A stretch of 64,000 bases of DNA from Octopus vulgaris (GCA_951406725.2 OX597819.1:85002001-85066000); one strand, 5' to 3'. Positions 25,929 through 38,580 are shown, numbered from the stretch's first letter. Numbers and translations are program-made. The notes: a model not told the origin generated them from the sequence alone.

Positions 25929-26116
25929 ACACACACACACACACACTAACTAACTAACTAACACACACACACACATATGTATATATATATATATATATGT
26001 ATGTATATATATATATGTATGCATACACACACACACACATACACAAATACACACGCATATAAGAAACAAGTTAAAAATAATGGTCATTACATATAATTCC
26101 CTAATTAGACCAAATT

Positions 26117-26241
26117 TGGCTTACAGCTGTTTCCAGTAGTCATTATAGGTGCATTCCTGATAGGTTTACTCAATTGGTCTATTGATCAATTAAGGTAAAT
26201 TGAACGACCTAAGAAAATTAATGCTACTTTTGTCAGAGCCA
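26117..26241 (-). ncRNA. Type I hammerhead ribozyme with long (~95 nt) domain II
   Basis: Minus strand: tggct CTGACAA a agtag-catt...aatg-a-ctact g GAAA cagctg TA agcca. Perfect 5-bp stem I, 9 pairs at the base of stem II and palindromic stem III (CAGCTG). One G>A change (CpG-type) in the core. Confidence 0.7.
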
Positions 26242-26929
26242 TTGCTGGAAGAAACAAGCAGAGTATTTCTGTCTACAAAATCCACTCACAAGTCTTTTGG
26301 TCGGTCGGGGGCTATAGTAGAAGACACTAGTCCAAAATGCCAAACATTGGGACTGAAACTGGAACATATGTTTGGAAGCAAATTTCTTACCACATAACCA
26401 CGTTCGAAAAAGGTGGTGGTGGTGGGACTCCATTTTCACGTTACACAAGAAATTCAAATGCCTGAAGGTAGTTGTGTTGGTATTGATTTTTTGTTGGGTG
26501 ACCAAGTCTTTTTGTACTGGAATATATATTTTGCCATAAATTAAGCCTCTCTTCTTTTTGGATCTGAATAACAAAGAGTTAATGCTCCAGAGGTATTTGC
26601 TGTAGTTTGGCGATATCTTGATATTCGCTAGACATTGAGAGCAACAGAAGAAACAAAAACCGAATAAAACAAAGAAAAATCACGATCTGTCAACGAAACA
26701 ATAGTATTGAACCTTATGATTTATATATCTATTTTGAAAATCAACTTGTTTATACAAATATGCAAATTATATGGAAGTTGGAAGATATTAGGAATGTCTT
26801 TTAAGGAAACAGAATTTTTGATTTATGCTTATCAATTATATAATGCTACTCTATAACACTATTGACACTTTCCTAATGAATTTGTCGATTTAGCTTTACA
26901 TAGAAATTTTAAAATTTTATAGTAATATC

Positions 26930-27330
26930 GGTTTTCAAATTTTGATACCAGGTCAGTAATGTCGGGAAGGGGTTAAGTCGGTTACATCGACCCCAGCATT
27001 CAACTCCGAAAGGATGACAGGTAAAGCCGACCTGGCTGGAATTTGAACTCAGAACATATAGATGAATGAAATGCCGCTAAACATTTTGCCCGGGGCGTTA
27101 ACGATTCTACCAGCTCGCCCCTTACCGTCTTTGGTGACGTTCCTTTCTACAATTGACATAAGACCAGCAATTTCGGAGGTGGGTGGGTAAGTCGATTACA
27201 TCCACTTCAGTGTTCAACTGCTACTTATTTTATCAACTCAAAAGGATGACAGCAAAGTCGACCTCGTTGGAATTTGAACTCAGAACGCAAAGACGGGCGA
27301 AATGTTGCTAAAAATTTTGCCAAGCGTGAT
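26930..27330 (-). mobile_element. Two tandem SINE family B copies
   Basis: gaaaggatga-aggcaaagtcgacctcg..ggaatttgaactcagaac occurs twice. Confidence 0.7.
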
Positions 27331-27731
27331 AGAAATAAACCATTTTCTATGTATGATGTATGATGACAAAATCAAACAAGAAAATTGTCAGTTTAAACAG
27401 AGTTTCTTAGTAACTTAAATCTTTGTTACTTTAAAGCAGACACTGAAAACAAAACAAAACAAAGAGAAAAAAGACAAAAAAAAAAAAACGAATCCAAAAG
27501 GAGAATAGGTTACCGTGAAGAAAACTACAAGTCCAACGTTGTCTGTTACAAACTCTAAATGTCTCTTCTTCCTCCCGGCAAAATATGGTCCATTCCACTT
27601 CGTGAGTTATACATTACTTAACAGAAGAAGGCTATTAAGTATAAATAACAGCGTGGAATTATCTTCGGTGTCTTTAATCTAAATGCTGATAAATTGTTAA
27701 GTTGCATAATTGGTCTAAGACATGTTTATTT

Positions 27732-28563
27732 GGTGCCGGTGTAGCATGTGATCTACAACATCTTAAATATAGACTAGCTTCTGATCTACATTCAAAATTT
27801 TGTCATAAATTTGCAATTATAATTAGAGGAGTGAGTTAAACATTTAGAAAATAAAAGAAAAAGAAAAATTTTTATTGATTTTTATTTCATACTAGGGATC
27901 TTTTCGATTTGAACGGCAGTTTTTAACATAATTTCTAGGTAACTAAAAAATTTTAAACTTCGTATACTGGTAGAATGTGTTTATAAAACATCCTTTTCTC
28001 TTGGCTTTATTGAGAAAATTCCATAGTTTGTAAGATATTTGTTTTTTTTTTCTTCAATTTCTGCAATTTCAACCAATTACTGACGTCTATTGAGGTAAAA
28101 AACATTCTGTGCCGTATGAATATGTCCCTCGTTTAAGAAATAGATTGAGTTTATTTACATTTCTGAAAAAAAAAAAGATACCCTCCCCCCACCCCTAACC
28201 TTAAACAGATTGAAATGCAATAGATCGATACTAGGGTCATAATTATGGGTGACAATTTCATATGACACCGCTAGAAAAAACTGCCGTTCAAACCGAAAAG
28301 ATCCGAAAAATGTTTATTGATTTTTATTTCATACTAGAAACATGAATATTGTAACTTCCTCATCTCGAATAACCTGTGTATAAAATTCTTTTGCTCTCAT
28401 CACGACTTCTTTCAATAGGCTCAGGACTAAAAGTCGAGCAAATAGATGAATTTTAAATGTAGATCAAAAAGTCGGTGTAGATCACAAACTATACTATTTG
28501 AACTGATGTAGATCACAACCTAAACCAGAAATATGTATGTAGATCACATACTATACCGGCACC
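27732..28563. mobile_element. Outer MITE with GG-terminal TIRs and internal tgtagatcac repeats (Merlin-like)
   Basis: TIRs ggtgccggtgtagcatgtgatctaca / tgtagatcacatactataccggcacc, with 8-bp flanks gtttattt / gtttactt. Confidence 0.75.
27896..28304. mobile_element. Nested MITE related to the 14437-15369 element
   Basis: TIRs ggatcttttcgatttgaacggcag / ctgccgttcaaaccgaaaagatcc. Shares aaacttcgtatactggtagaatgtg with the 14437 element. Flanked by a 33-bp direct repeat. Confidence 0.85.
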
Positions 28564-28984
28564 GTTTACTTATTTTTTTTTTTGAAATCGTATTATTTGT
28601 TAATTTTGTTCATACAATGTACTTTGCTATTTCCCTTCACACGAAATTTCAGCTTTATGGAAATCAGCTGAAATAGGGAGAACACATATTGTAATTGAAC
28701 AGAGGCGTATAATTATATTTGTATGTTTACAACGTATCAATCGAAATTACACCAGAGACAGGGAAGTAAAAAACAAACAAACAAAAAACAACAACACCTG
28801 AAAATGATATGATCTCAACTACGATTGTAGCAAAGTGACAAATATCAATTATTTATGTAAAAAAGAAATGGATTTGCACGCAGCATTACATACACGCAAA
28901 ACAGAAAATATTTTTTAAAATGCAAAGATTAAGAAAAACAAAAATTTATGCTAAAATGTGTATTGCACACTAAAACATAATATC

Positions 28985-29200
28985 GGTTTCAAATTTTGGC
29001 ATAGAGCCAGAAAGTTCGGGGTAGGGATAAGTTAATTATATCGACCTCACCCTAGTGCTCGACTGGTACTTATTTCATCGACCCCGAAAGGGTGAAAGGC
29101 AAATCGGATCTGGGTGGAATTTGAACTTAGAACGTTAAAGACGGACGAATTGCTGCTAAGTATTTTTCCCGGTGTGCTAACGATTCTGCCTGCTCGCTGC
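28985..29200 (-). mobile_element. SINE family B
   Basis: Reverse complement of the family B core. Confidence 0.7.
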
Positions 29201-29884
29201 TCTACACTTGAATAGAATATTAATTTCCGACTGGCATGAACATGTTACCCTCACCCGCCCCACGCAAGAACGCACAAGGACATATACATACACACGCATG
29301 TAAACACATATAAGTACATGCATACATACATACACACACATATTTTCGAGGCAGTTTAAGTTGAGAAGTTTGTTTACTTCGCAACGATGAAGCCTTGGGT
29401 TCGATTCAATTGCATAACATCTTGTGTTTCGGCAAGCGTCCCTACCATATGCTCGGAACGATCAGAACCCTTTGAGTTAAATTAAGCAGAGAGAAACTGA
29501 AAATCCGTCGGACGGTCTGTTTCTGTTATTCAAGGATGATTCTATTTGAGAATTATTTCAAATGTATACATATCTGTGGAATATATTCACCCTGTTGCAG
29601 CGTTTTAATGCAGCATTTGTACTTAAAAATAAATTTTAATACTCTGCACATTTAATACATTTAAAAAATATTCGTTTATTTTAAAGCATTTCAAATACAT
29701 TTGTGCATTTCAAACTTTTAAAAAATCCATTTGTAAACGAGCATATTGAGGATGGGAAGATAGAGATAAGAACAGGTTGCTGACACTACTACGAGTCCTT
29801 TGTTAGAACTTTGCATTGGCAAGTCTGTTATAAAAACAATTACGAGTATATATCCAGTCCATGTCCTCCATCTATGACGAAGTA

Positions 29885-30235
29885 TGTCACTGCAAATTGG
29901 GACCCCCTTCGGTCACGACACTGACCATGGGATTGCACCTAGAAAGTTACCCTCCTAGTTACAAGTCTGCGGAAGGTGGTTTATGGAAGACCAGAAGTCG
30001 CCCATGCATACCGGCCTCCCCTCTCCACGCCACCAGTGTTATCCAAGGGAAAGGCAGCAGCCGATACAGCTTGGCACCCGTGACGTCGCAACTCATTTCT
30101 AGAGCTGAGTTAACTGGAGCAACGTGAAATAAAGTGTCTTGCTCAAGAACACAACATGCAGCCCGGTCCGGGATTCGAGCTCACAACCTCACGATCGTAA
30201 GCTCGACGCTCTAACCACTGAGCCATGCACCGTCA
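29885..30235 (-). mobile_element. tRNA-derived SINE (family C-type head, different tail)
   Basis: Minus-strand head tgcatggctcagtggttagagcgtcgagcttacgatcgtgaggttgtgagctcgaatccc, followed by gtgttcttgagcaagacactttatttcacgttgctccag. Confidence 0.75.
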
Positions 30236-31033
30236 CTGCGAATATAGCACTAAAAATTACATACTAATTTTCTGGTTTTTAGATTGCTGCATTTAAGTGG
30301 TTAGTCAATTTTTGTTGCTAGAACTAGAAGTTCGACGGAAGCATGGTTTGTCTGCAAAAAACCTGCTTTGTCTTGGATGGAGGATACCGAATGGATATTA
30401 TTTGAGAATTATTGTTGTACGTCCTGTCATCCCCATATTGATATTACACTGCTAATAAGTGACTTTATTGTCGAGCTAGGATTCATTTCTGATACTTAGT
30501 CTAGTCTAACTGGTAGGCGCAGTGAAGGCAAAATAAAAACTAATGGGCTACGCCTGTTGTTTTTTTGTAATGAATTTGACCTGTCTGCCATAGACACACT
30601 GCTTACGGTAACAAAATACAAAAATACACATAAAATAAATTAGATCCAGTATTTCATTGATTACATTGTCACCAGAAAGCAAAAATAAAAAAAGATGTTT
30701 TTTCACTTATTTATTCCATACCACTTGGTGGCTGTTCGATCAATTTGTTGCACTGTAAAATATCTTTCAAAATGTTCAGACAACATCAAAATATCAAAGC
30801 TATTAAATATATGTCAAGTCACTTAAGATTGAGGATAAGGAACGTGAGCTCTTAGATGAATTAGACGTATCTCTGTCAATATAACGGGAAAATGTCAAAG
30901 GATCGCGGAGAAGTATCAAAGAAGCACCGTAATCTATTTCCTTGGAAATGCTGATTGCTTCTATCGTAAACATTAGGATTGGTTCGTGGAAAACAACCTT
31001 GGAGACAAGACCCCTTTAGATAAAATGCACATT

Positions 31034-31039
<6 letters not shown>

Positions 31040-31088
<49 letters not shown>

Positions 31089-31305
31089 ATGTGTGTGTAT
31101 ACGTTTGTGTGTCTGTGTTTGTCCTCCCAACATCACTTGACAACCGATGCTGGTGTGTTTACGTCCCCGTAACTTAGCGGTTCGGCAAAAGAGACCGATA
31201 GAATAAGTACTAGGCTTACAAAGAATAAGTCCCGGGGTCGATTTGCTCGACTAAAGGCGGTGCTCCAGCATGGCCACAGCCAAATGACTGAAACAAGTAA
31301 AAGAG
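31040..31305 (+). mobile_element. SINE family A, 3' half
   Basis: Near-identical to 5560-5765, following a (TA)n(TG)n tract. Confidence 0.8.
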
Positions 31306-31399
31306 TATTGCAGAGAAAAATTAGATATCAGAGGAAAAATACTAAAAGCAAAAAAAAAAAAAAGGACAGCAAAAAAAAGACCTGTGCAAAAGTCATATT

Positions 31400-31525
31400 C
31401 TGTTCTATAGCTGTGTACACTGTTCGAGTTTCTGTCCTGTAGAGGACTATTGGAATGATATGACAGTTTACTAGCCTCAATTTTAAGTGCAGCGTAATGT
31501 TTTTTGAGCTGAAGATCTTCACTCT
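31400..31525 (-). mobile_element. Short decayed RTE-type RT C-terminal fragment
   Basis: KIFSSKNITLHLKLRLVNCHIIPIVLYRTET resembles the K.RL......P.LLYG.E.W motif. Confidence 0.45.
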
Positions 31526-32628
31526 TCTGTTTTCCTTTTATTTATTATTCGAGTACCTTCTTCACAGTAATCTTTCTGATTTATTATTTGCTTTAAATCT
31601 TTGAAATTTTTTTTACTTGTTCAAGCCTCTGTCCACCTGCCTTTACATTTGCAAATTGTAAATACAAAAAGAAAAAAAGAAAATAATGAAAAATACATGA
31701 TGTGCAAATAGATTATTTTGGTCTGAAGAAAAGTAGAAAACCAGCGTTACGGCTGAATCCTTCATCTCTATATCCGATAACGGAATCTATCGAAAATGTT
31801 AAACTTCTCTTCCTCACGGCATAAAATAATTTATTCCACTTTGTGAATTATAATAAATTATATTTGGAAGAAGGTTGTAGGCACTATTTTCCTGCTACAC
31901 TGTACGCTTTATGCGCATGCACACAAAGGGGAAAATGTCTGCATACAGAGTTTTTAAGATGAAATTGAATCTTTTAAATTGAAAATGGTTACCCGCATGG
32001 ATGTATACATACTTTACAAAGGAAGTCAAAATTTTCCCTCAAGTAAATTTCTGTGCATAGCCACAGCAAAAATTAGACGGAATATTGGTCGTTGGGAGAG
32101 TATAACAGCGTAGAATTGTCTTCGGTTTCTTAGTATTTATCATCATAAACTAAATGCCGATAAGTTGTCAAATTTGCAATTGATTTAAGTACTTTTCTTT
32201 CAAGTCACAATGTTAAGTTGGGATAAAGTGACTTGATAATTTGGTTGATATAACATACGTTGGCGTCTCTCTTCGTTCGAAATTTCAGAAATAACCGAAA
32301 TAAGAAGACCACATACATTAAATATCAAAAGGAGACATGTAAAATTATGCTTAAATTTTTACAACTTATCACTCTAAACTGCACAAGAGACAAACATCCG
32401 AATATAAAAAAAGAAATCTAAAATCTCAACCGTCTTCAAAAATTAACAGATTTCACATGTGCTCATGCACATTAATTACACCATAAAAAAAGGAAGCAAT
32501 AATTAAAGAGTCAAAGCTTGTCCCTGAAATGTATTAATTCCCGATGCAATCAATTTGTGTATGCATCTACAAATAATAAACAACTTTAATGAAACGGAGA
32601 AAAAGAAAGATCTTTGCCAAGAAAGCGA

Positions 32629-32715
<87 letters not shown>

Positions 32716-32859
32716 CACCACATGGAATTAAGAAGCGGGCATTTTAAACTGGTCATGATGCATACGTGCATATATATATATGTATGTATACGTTCGTATA
32801 TGTAAGTATTCGTATGTTGTATTTATATATATATGTATTTATGTTTCTCTCTGCGTATA

Positions 32860-32916
32860 TTCCACTGATGAGGCAAAGTATTTCTAAATGCAAAGTCAGA
32901 AATCCGGGATCTGGAG
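32860..32916 (+). ncRNA. Type I hammerhead ribozyme, near-canonical
   Basis: ttcca CTGATGA ggc-aaa-gtattt-ct-aaatgc-aaa-gtc a GAAA tc-cgg-ga TC tggag. Stems I, II and III all pair, with predicted cleavage after AUC (32911) and one extra A before GAAA. Lies in a ~230-bp segment bounded by (TA)-rich tracts. Confidence 0.75.
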
Positions 32917-33559
32917 TTATCCAGTAATTTTTTACTAGTTTTATTTTGTCTTTTTGTATTCTCTCCTTGTGCTGTATGAAGACTTAAGGTGGTTTTAGAG
33001 TCAGATCCTGGCTGCTATTTTCAGCATGGCGGTATCTCGTAGATACCCTAAGTTATATATATATATATACATATAAAAATAAATTTTACATGTAAATTAC
33101 ATTTTAACAAAGCATCTTAATATGCATCCTATTTCAGACAACAAATAGGTAAGTTGAAAATAAAATTTTGTTTCAAGAACTTCGGAATTGTTGCATTTTT
33201 AAATACCATTTGTTCTAGCGTTTTTGTTTCATGTCTGGTGAATTACAACATTTAAATGTGATTTAACAAAGAACAAGAATGACAAACTAACTGAAAATGT
33301 CGCACCAATTGCTACTTTAAATCTCAAATTTCGAAATAAACTAACACTTAATAATATAAGGTTTCTTCGTTGAAAAACCAAGTTAGTGAGTATGTGATGG
33401 TGTTTCTGCGTGAGCATGTGTGGACTTAGTTTTCTTATCTAATATACTATGTTCTCTATGTTTGCAGGAATCCCCCATTCCCTTAAAACTTTGAAAATGT
33501 GTAGTTTTAACAGGCATTAATTTAAGTTATAGTTGAATCACAAATGTGAAAAACATGAG

Positions 33560-33790
33560 TTCCATAAGAAAACTGACATCATTCTCATACACATGCACCA
33601 ATGCACACACTAAAACTTTTCAATGCAGTTGCCATAAATCATGAAGCAGAGGGTATCTCTATAAAATCAAATTTGATACGTAAACTATATATAGGAATAA
33701 CTGAAGGGAAGTTCAAGCAAAAGATTGTGTAACTATATTCTCTATTTTGCTTTGCCTTGAGAAGACCATCGACTCCTCATTGAAACATAA
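33560..33790 (+). pseudogene. Decayed Penelope-like GIY-YIG endonuclease fragment
   Basis: KLYIGITEGKFKQ (33682-33720) parallels KKYVGLTEGNFKA of the 58595 ORF, and upstream QCSCHK parallels SCSCRNK. Confidence 0.55.
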
Positions 33791-35280
33791 AAGCACCATC
33801 ATGACTATGGCATGTCTATTAGACTTACCTTCACATGATTAGCTCCCAGCTAATCTCATAGTATATGTAAATATATGTATATGTATGCGCCATATTCGTT
33901 TATTTTTCTTACCTCCCTTTGATCTCTTGCTCTATCTTTTATTCTTTCTTCAACGGTTGATGCTTTTATTTCTATAAATCTTTACTCTTCATACATAAAC
34001 GATCCTTTTCTTTTCTGTTTCGACCTACTTTTGATTTATATATTTACAATAAAAGCTCTCGATATTCAAGAGGAATAACTCATGCCTACCATCTAAAAAT
34101 TAAGCATCTTGACAAAAACAGAAACTGTATTTTTCTTCTGTATCTTTATTAATCGATGTCTGCGCTGTTGAGTATGTTTAGTTGCCTTTTCTATTCACAC
34201 TTGTTAACTCACTGTGCTATTCTTTTGTTTCAGCATGTATTGCTCTTCTTTACAGCCTCAAAGCTTTTCTTGTAAGATATGTTTTTCGATAATTATGACT
34301 TCGTTGCTCTGTGCTTAATCTTTGATATACAACAATATACTGTATACACAAATGAAGTAGTGTCTTCCATCAAATGTTCTTGACGTTGACGTCAGTGCAA
34401 ATGTTGCCTTGATGCAATAGTTTTGTTGGTACAGAACCTTTTCAATGTTTCTCTCATCTATCAAAGAACTTAATATAGTTAAATCCTTATGAATTATATG
34501 TTGGCAACTGGCGCTATTATATATGTGAATGCAAAACAGGGAAAGACGCCAACATTCTTCTCATAAAACTATATGAAAAACCAAAGGATGATGTCTTTGC
34601 ACGTCACTGGCAATTGCCTAACAAAACCTGGCGAGAATCTTGATTTAGCTTCGGAGCTAAAAATATGCGATTGCCATGCAGTGTCGTTGAGGTGCACAGA
34701 GATGAGTTAATCCATGATACTTTTGATCAGACGTTTAAGACCTCCTTATATTCACTAGCCTCTCTTGAAATATTAGTTTATAGACTTACAGACTACTCTT
34801 TATCACGTTCAATGCTAAAACTCGTACAAGAATAACCATCGCATTACTAATTCGTCATAATGCCGGAAGCCTGCACCACTGTGCCAACCCAAGGAGAACA
34901 ATTAAACTTCACTATCAACAAAGAGAATGATCTGGTTGTTGCATCTCCCTTCTCGTCTTATTTTTGAGGCCGAACTCTGCATCTTCGATACAAATGTCCA
35001 GTACACATTTCCATATGCAAATCCTACGGCAAAATGTGCACTTCCAAAGAATATGCAAAAGCACCTTTGTATTCTGATATTAATTTTCTGTTATTTCCCT
35101 CTATTTTCCATCACAAGCATTATTTATCCTTGTATCCAAAGGATGATTATTTGCGTACTAGTCGATGGCATTCCCCTACAAGCTCTTATTGATACAAGCA
35201 GTCAGTTCCATATGTTTGACACTGTTATTAAATGTCTTAATTTGAAATGTCATATATTTATGGCATCTACATATGTGATA

Positions 35281-35736
35281 TTTTAGAAATATTAAATTTC
35301 TAAATATCTCGGAGAGATATGAGCGGTGGTGAAGCGATAGAGTGGTCGTATACTGTCAACTTAACATGACAGTCCCGTAAAGGGAATCACACACCGCTAT
35401 TTAGCCCTAGGAAGCATCAACGCTTCCTGTCGACTTTGATACATTTCCTCCGAGATATTTATAAATATATATATATATATATTTGCGAAGGTTTGGCAAA
35501 CATCTGAACTAGCGGGCCTTACTACCCAAGACTGATGACGAGCAAGACACAAAAACATGCATGTCTCTAGGTGCAGGCCCTAGCTGGTGGAGGTGCTTGT
35601 CTCCCCTTCGCAAATATAAGGACACAGGAAATGTGTCAAAGCCGACAGGAAGCGTCGATGCTTCCTAGGGCTAAATAGCGGCGGTGTGATTCCCTTTACG
35701 GGACTGTCACGTTAAGTTGACAGTATACAACCACTC
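35281..35736. mobile_element. Inverted-repeat element with a central hammerhead relic, inserted in the Gypsy protease
   Basis: Arms 35340-35449 and 35626-35736 are inverted copies, with an inner IR atatttgcgaagg/ccttcgcaaatat. Direct repeat catatgtgata at 35270-35280 and 35736-35746. Confidence 0.8.
35526..35571 (+). ncRNA. Decayed type I hammerhead ribozyme
   Basis: ccaaga CTGATGA cgag-caaga-caca AAAA catgcatg TC tctagg. Stem I has 5/6 pairs, stem III is palindromic and the triplet is GUC. GAAA is mutated and stem II eroded. Confidence 0.55.
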
Positions 35737-36704
35737 ATATGTGATAATTATCACACTAAGACATTGTTATGGATGTCTTGCGTTCGAAGACACTATGCAC
35801 AGTAATATCAAAGTTTCTGTACTATCACATCTTTATGGCGATGTTTTGCTTGGACATGCTTTTCTAAACCAACACTGTAAAGTTTTGATTTCTTTTAACT
35901 ACAACAAAGTACTTTTTACATTATGTGGCTTGCTCATTGCACCCATGGATCCTCCTGTACGTTTTGCTCGTTTGGCGCTCACTTTTATGCATACTAATCA
36001 CTAGTTTTCAAATCAACGCCAATTAAAAGAAGAAAATATCGATCTGTCTGTATACCTTTGTTAATTCAAGTCCAAGTCACATCTAAGTAACGACACAAGA
36101 AAATGGTCAATGAATGAAATCGTCGAACAATAAACCGTTATACACTCTTAGATGCATATCTTAGACTAGAAAACATGATCAAGAAAATTGTTCAATATGA
36201 TTTTTTTCTGTCACTTCATCAGAAGATCGTCTACAAGAAAGAGTGGATCAGAGATGATGGAAAACGTTTCTCTTTGTTCGAAACCTGAAAGCTTTTTCAG
36301 TCAGTTTTGACTTAGTGTTACAAACGGTGCGGCCTGTTTCCAAAGAATAATTGATAATCTGATCTAAAAGTTAATTCTCAGGTAACGTTTTCTTATATAA
36401 TGTGACAACGTGTGGAAACGCAAAACAGAAGCATAATGCTAATCCAGCGAACTTCCTCAGCAGCTCAATGTCATTCGTCTTACGATCAATGACTTGAAAT
36501 TTATAATCGCTGAATGTGCTACTACGCTTCTGGGATATGATGTTTCCAAAATGCAAAACCAGATCTTGATAAACTACATTCACTTAAGTAATTAATCCCT
36601 TCTACAGACATAAAAGCATATGAATATGTTTGCTTATTACACCCAGTGAATTGCTACCAGTCGTGTGACTGCTTACAGTTTGCAGGCAAACGGTTGACAG
36701 CACT

Positions 36705-36900
36705 CTTTTACCCTTTTACTTGTTTCAGTCATTTGACTGTGGCCATGCTGGAGCACCACCTTTAGTCGAGCAAATCGACCCCAGGACTTGTTATTTGGAA
36801 GCCTAGTACTTATTCTATCGGTCTCTTTTGCCGAACCGCTAAGTTATGGTTGTCAAGCGATGTTGGGGGGACAAACACAGACACACAAACATATACACAC

Positions 36901-36969
<69 letters not shown>

Positions 36970-37130
36970 TACGACGGGCTTCTTTCAGTTTCCGTCTACC
37001 AAATCCACTCACAAAGCTTTAGTCGGCCCGAGGCTATAACAGAAGACACTTGCCCAAGATGCCACGCAGTGGGACTGAACCCGAAACCATGTGGTTTGTA
37101 AGCAAGCTACTTACCACACAGCCACTTCTA
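36705..37130 (-). mobile_element. SINE family A
   Basis: Reverse complement of 5352-5765. Confidence 0.85.
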
Positions 37131-38387
37131 CACCTGTTTGGAAAGTTATCTTTTTGTCACTGAGATCCAAAGACTTGAGGATCGGTAAGTAAGAGACTGT
37201 CCTGTTTAATGCTTTCTGTTCCATAGATGTTTATTGTGCACTGCCACCAATGTTTTCACAAACGCATGTCAAATTACATGTCTTTTCTACAACAATCAAT
37301 CAAAATAAAATGCTCAAAATAAAAGTCTCAATCAGATATCCGCTTCTGGCGGATCTAACGACAGTTTTACAAAATTTGAAGAGTGACGACTTCTCTGCCC
37401 GGACGATTGCAATAAAAAAATGTCGGCTCCGGTACTGTCTAATTATAAGAAAAAGAAAACGAACGACGATGCTTCTACATAATATAAACTGTCATTCCGG
37501 AAATAACAGTCACCCCTCACTCAAAACGCTCCTTACTGTGGAAAAAAAAATGAACGCTGAGGGTAACGCAGTTCGAGATAGAGCATTTTAAAAAATTATT
37601 TAGGGTAGCCATGGCTTGATTATTTTCGACTATAATTTTGCCCAAGCTAAACAATAACAACAAATATGTGCGTTAATCTGATGTTTCTGGTTTTTCAAAA
37701 TCAGATACTATTCATCAAAGTAACTCAGACTGGGTTGATCAGGCCTCTACCGGCGTTCCGGTAAATTCTGCTCTGATGAAGTTATTCATTTATTCTGTGT
37801 TTGAAAGTTACTGTTATCATTGTGGGTTTTACTGTGCGGGGGTCGTTCTTTTAGTGGTTTAATTAAACAAGAAAAAAGCAACACCTACGTTTTATTTTAG
37901 AGCCTCTGACATTAGTGGGAGGGAAGGAGGGAGGAACATATTTTCAAACTGGAACCGGAAACCTATCCCCCGAATGTTTGTGGCAGAGAGGGCTCCTCTA
38001 AAGGTATCCAAAAGTACAGGTAACACCTAAGTTGAGGAACAGTTCCTTTAAAGGGTTCTAAAACGGTTCGTAGATGACATTTGGTGAGATCGAATCCGAA
38101 ACGATGTAATTCCAAAATGAAATTATTAACCACGCAGTCATGCAATCAGCATTATGTAACATTACACACAATATTTCGCTGATGTACCCCTGTACTACGG
38201 CAGGTCATTGGTAGAGTGATTTTGTGTTTCAAACAGACGTTCATTTTGTAACTGCTGCAATAAATCTTTGAAGATCTTCAAGCTAAGATAGCAGAAGTGA
38301 AAGATTTACGAAGATAACTTGTGACTAGGAACGTTAATGAAGCACATTAGAGCATTTAAAGCGAAGCGATTAAAATGAAGGCCACAG

Positions 38388-38388
38388 T

Positions 38389-38422
<34 letters not shown>

Positions 38423-38580
38423 GTTGCTGCTGCTGCTGCTGCTGCCGCCGCCGCCGCCGCCACCACCACCACCGCCACCACCGATGCTGCCGCCGCCTTT
38501 GCTACCACCATTGCTGCTATTGCCGCCAATACTGCTGCCGCTACTGCTTCCACTGCAGCCTCCGCTGTTGCTGTTGATAT
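38388..38580. repeat. Compound trinucleotide microsatellite (ACT)n(GCT)n(GCC)n(ACC)n, degenerating
   Basis: Directly visible; it produces the low-complexity ORFs in several frames. Confidence 0.9.

Larger units (their letters stand above)
34500..36660 (+). mobile_element. Highly decayed Ty3/Gypsy LTR-retrotransposon internal region (gag-protease-RT)
   Basis: Protease motifs VDGIPLQALIDTSS and DVLLGHAFL. RT motifs RTINRYTLLDAY and VTNGAACFQRIIDNLI. Many stops and frameshifts; interrupted at 35281-35735. Confidence 0.75.

Noticed and set aside
37770-37820. Hammerhead at ctgatgaag...gaaag
   Set aside because: Both boxes are present, but stems I-III do not pair.
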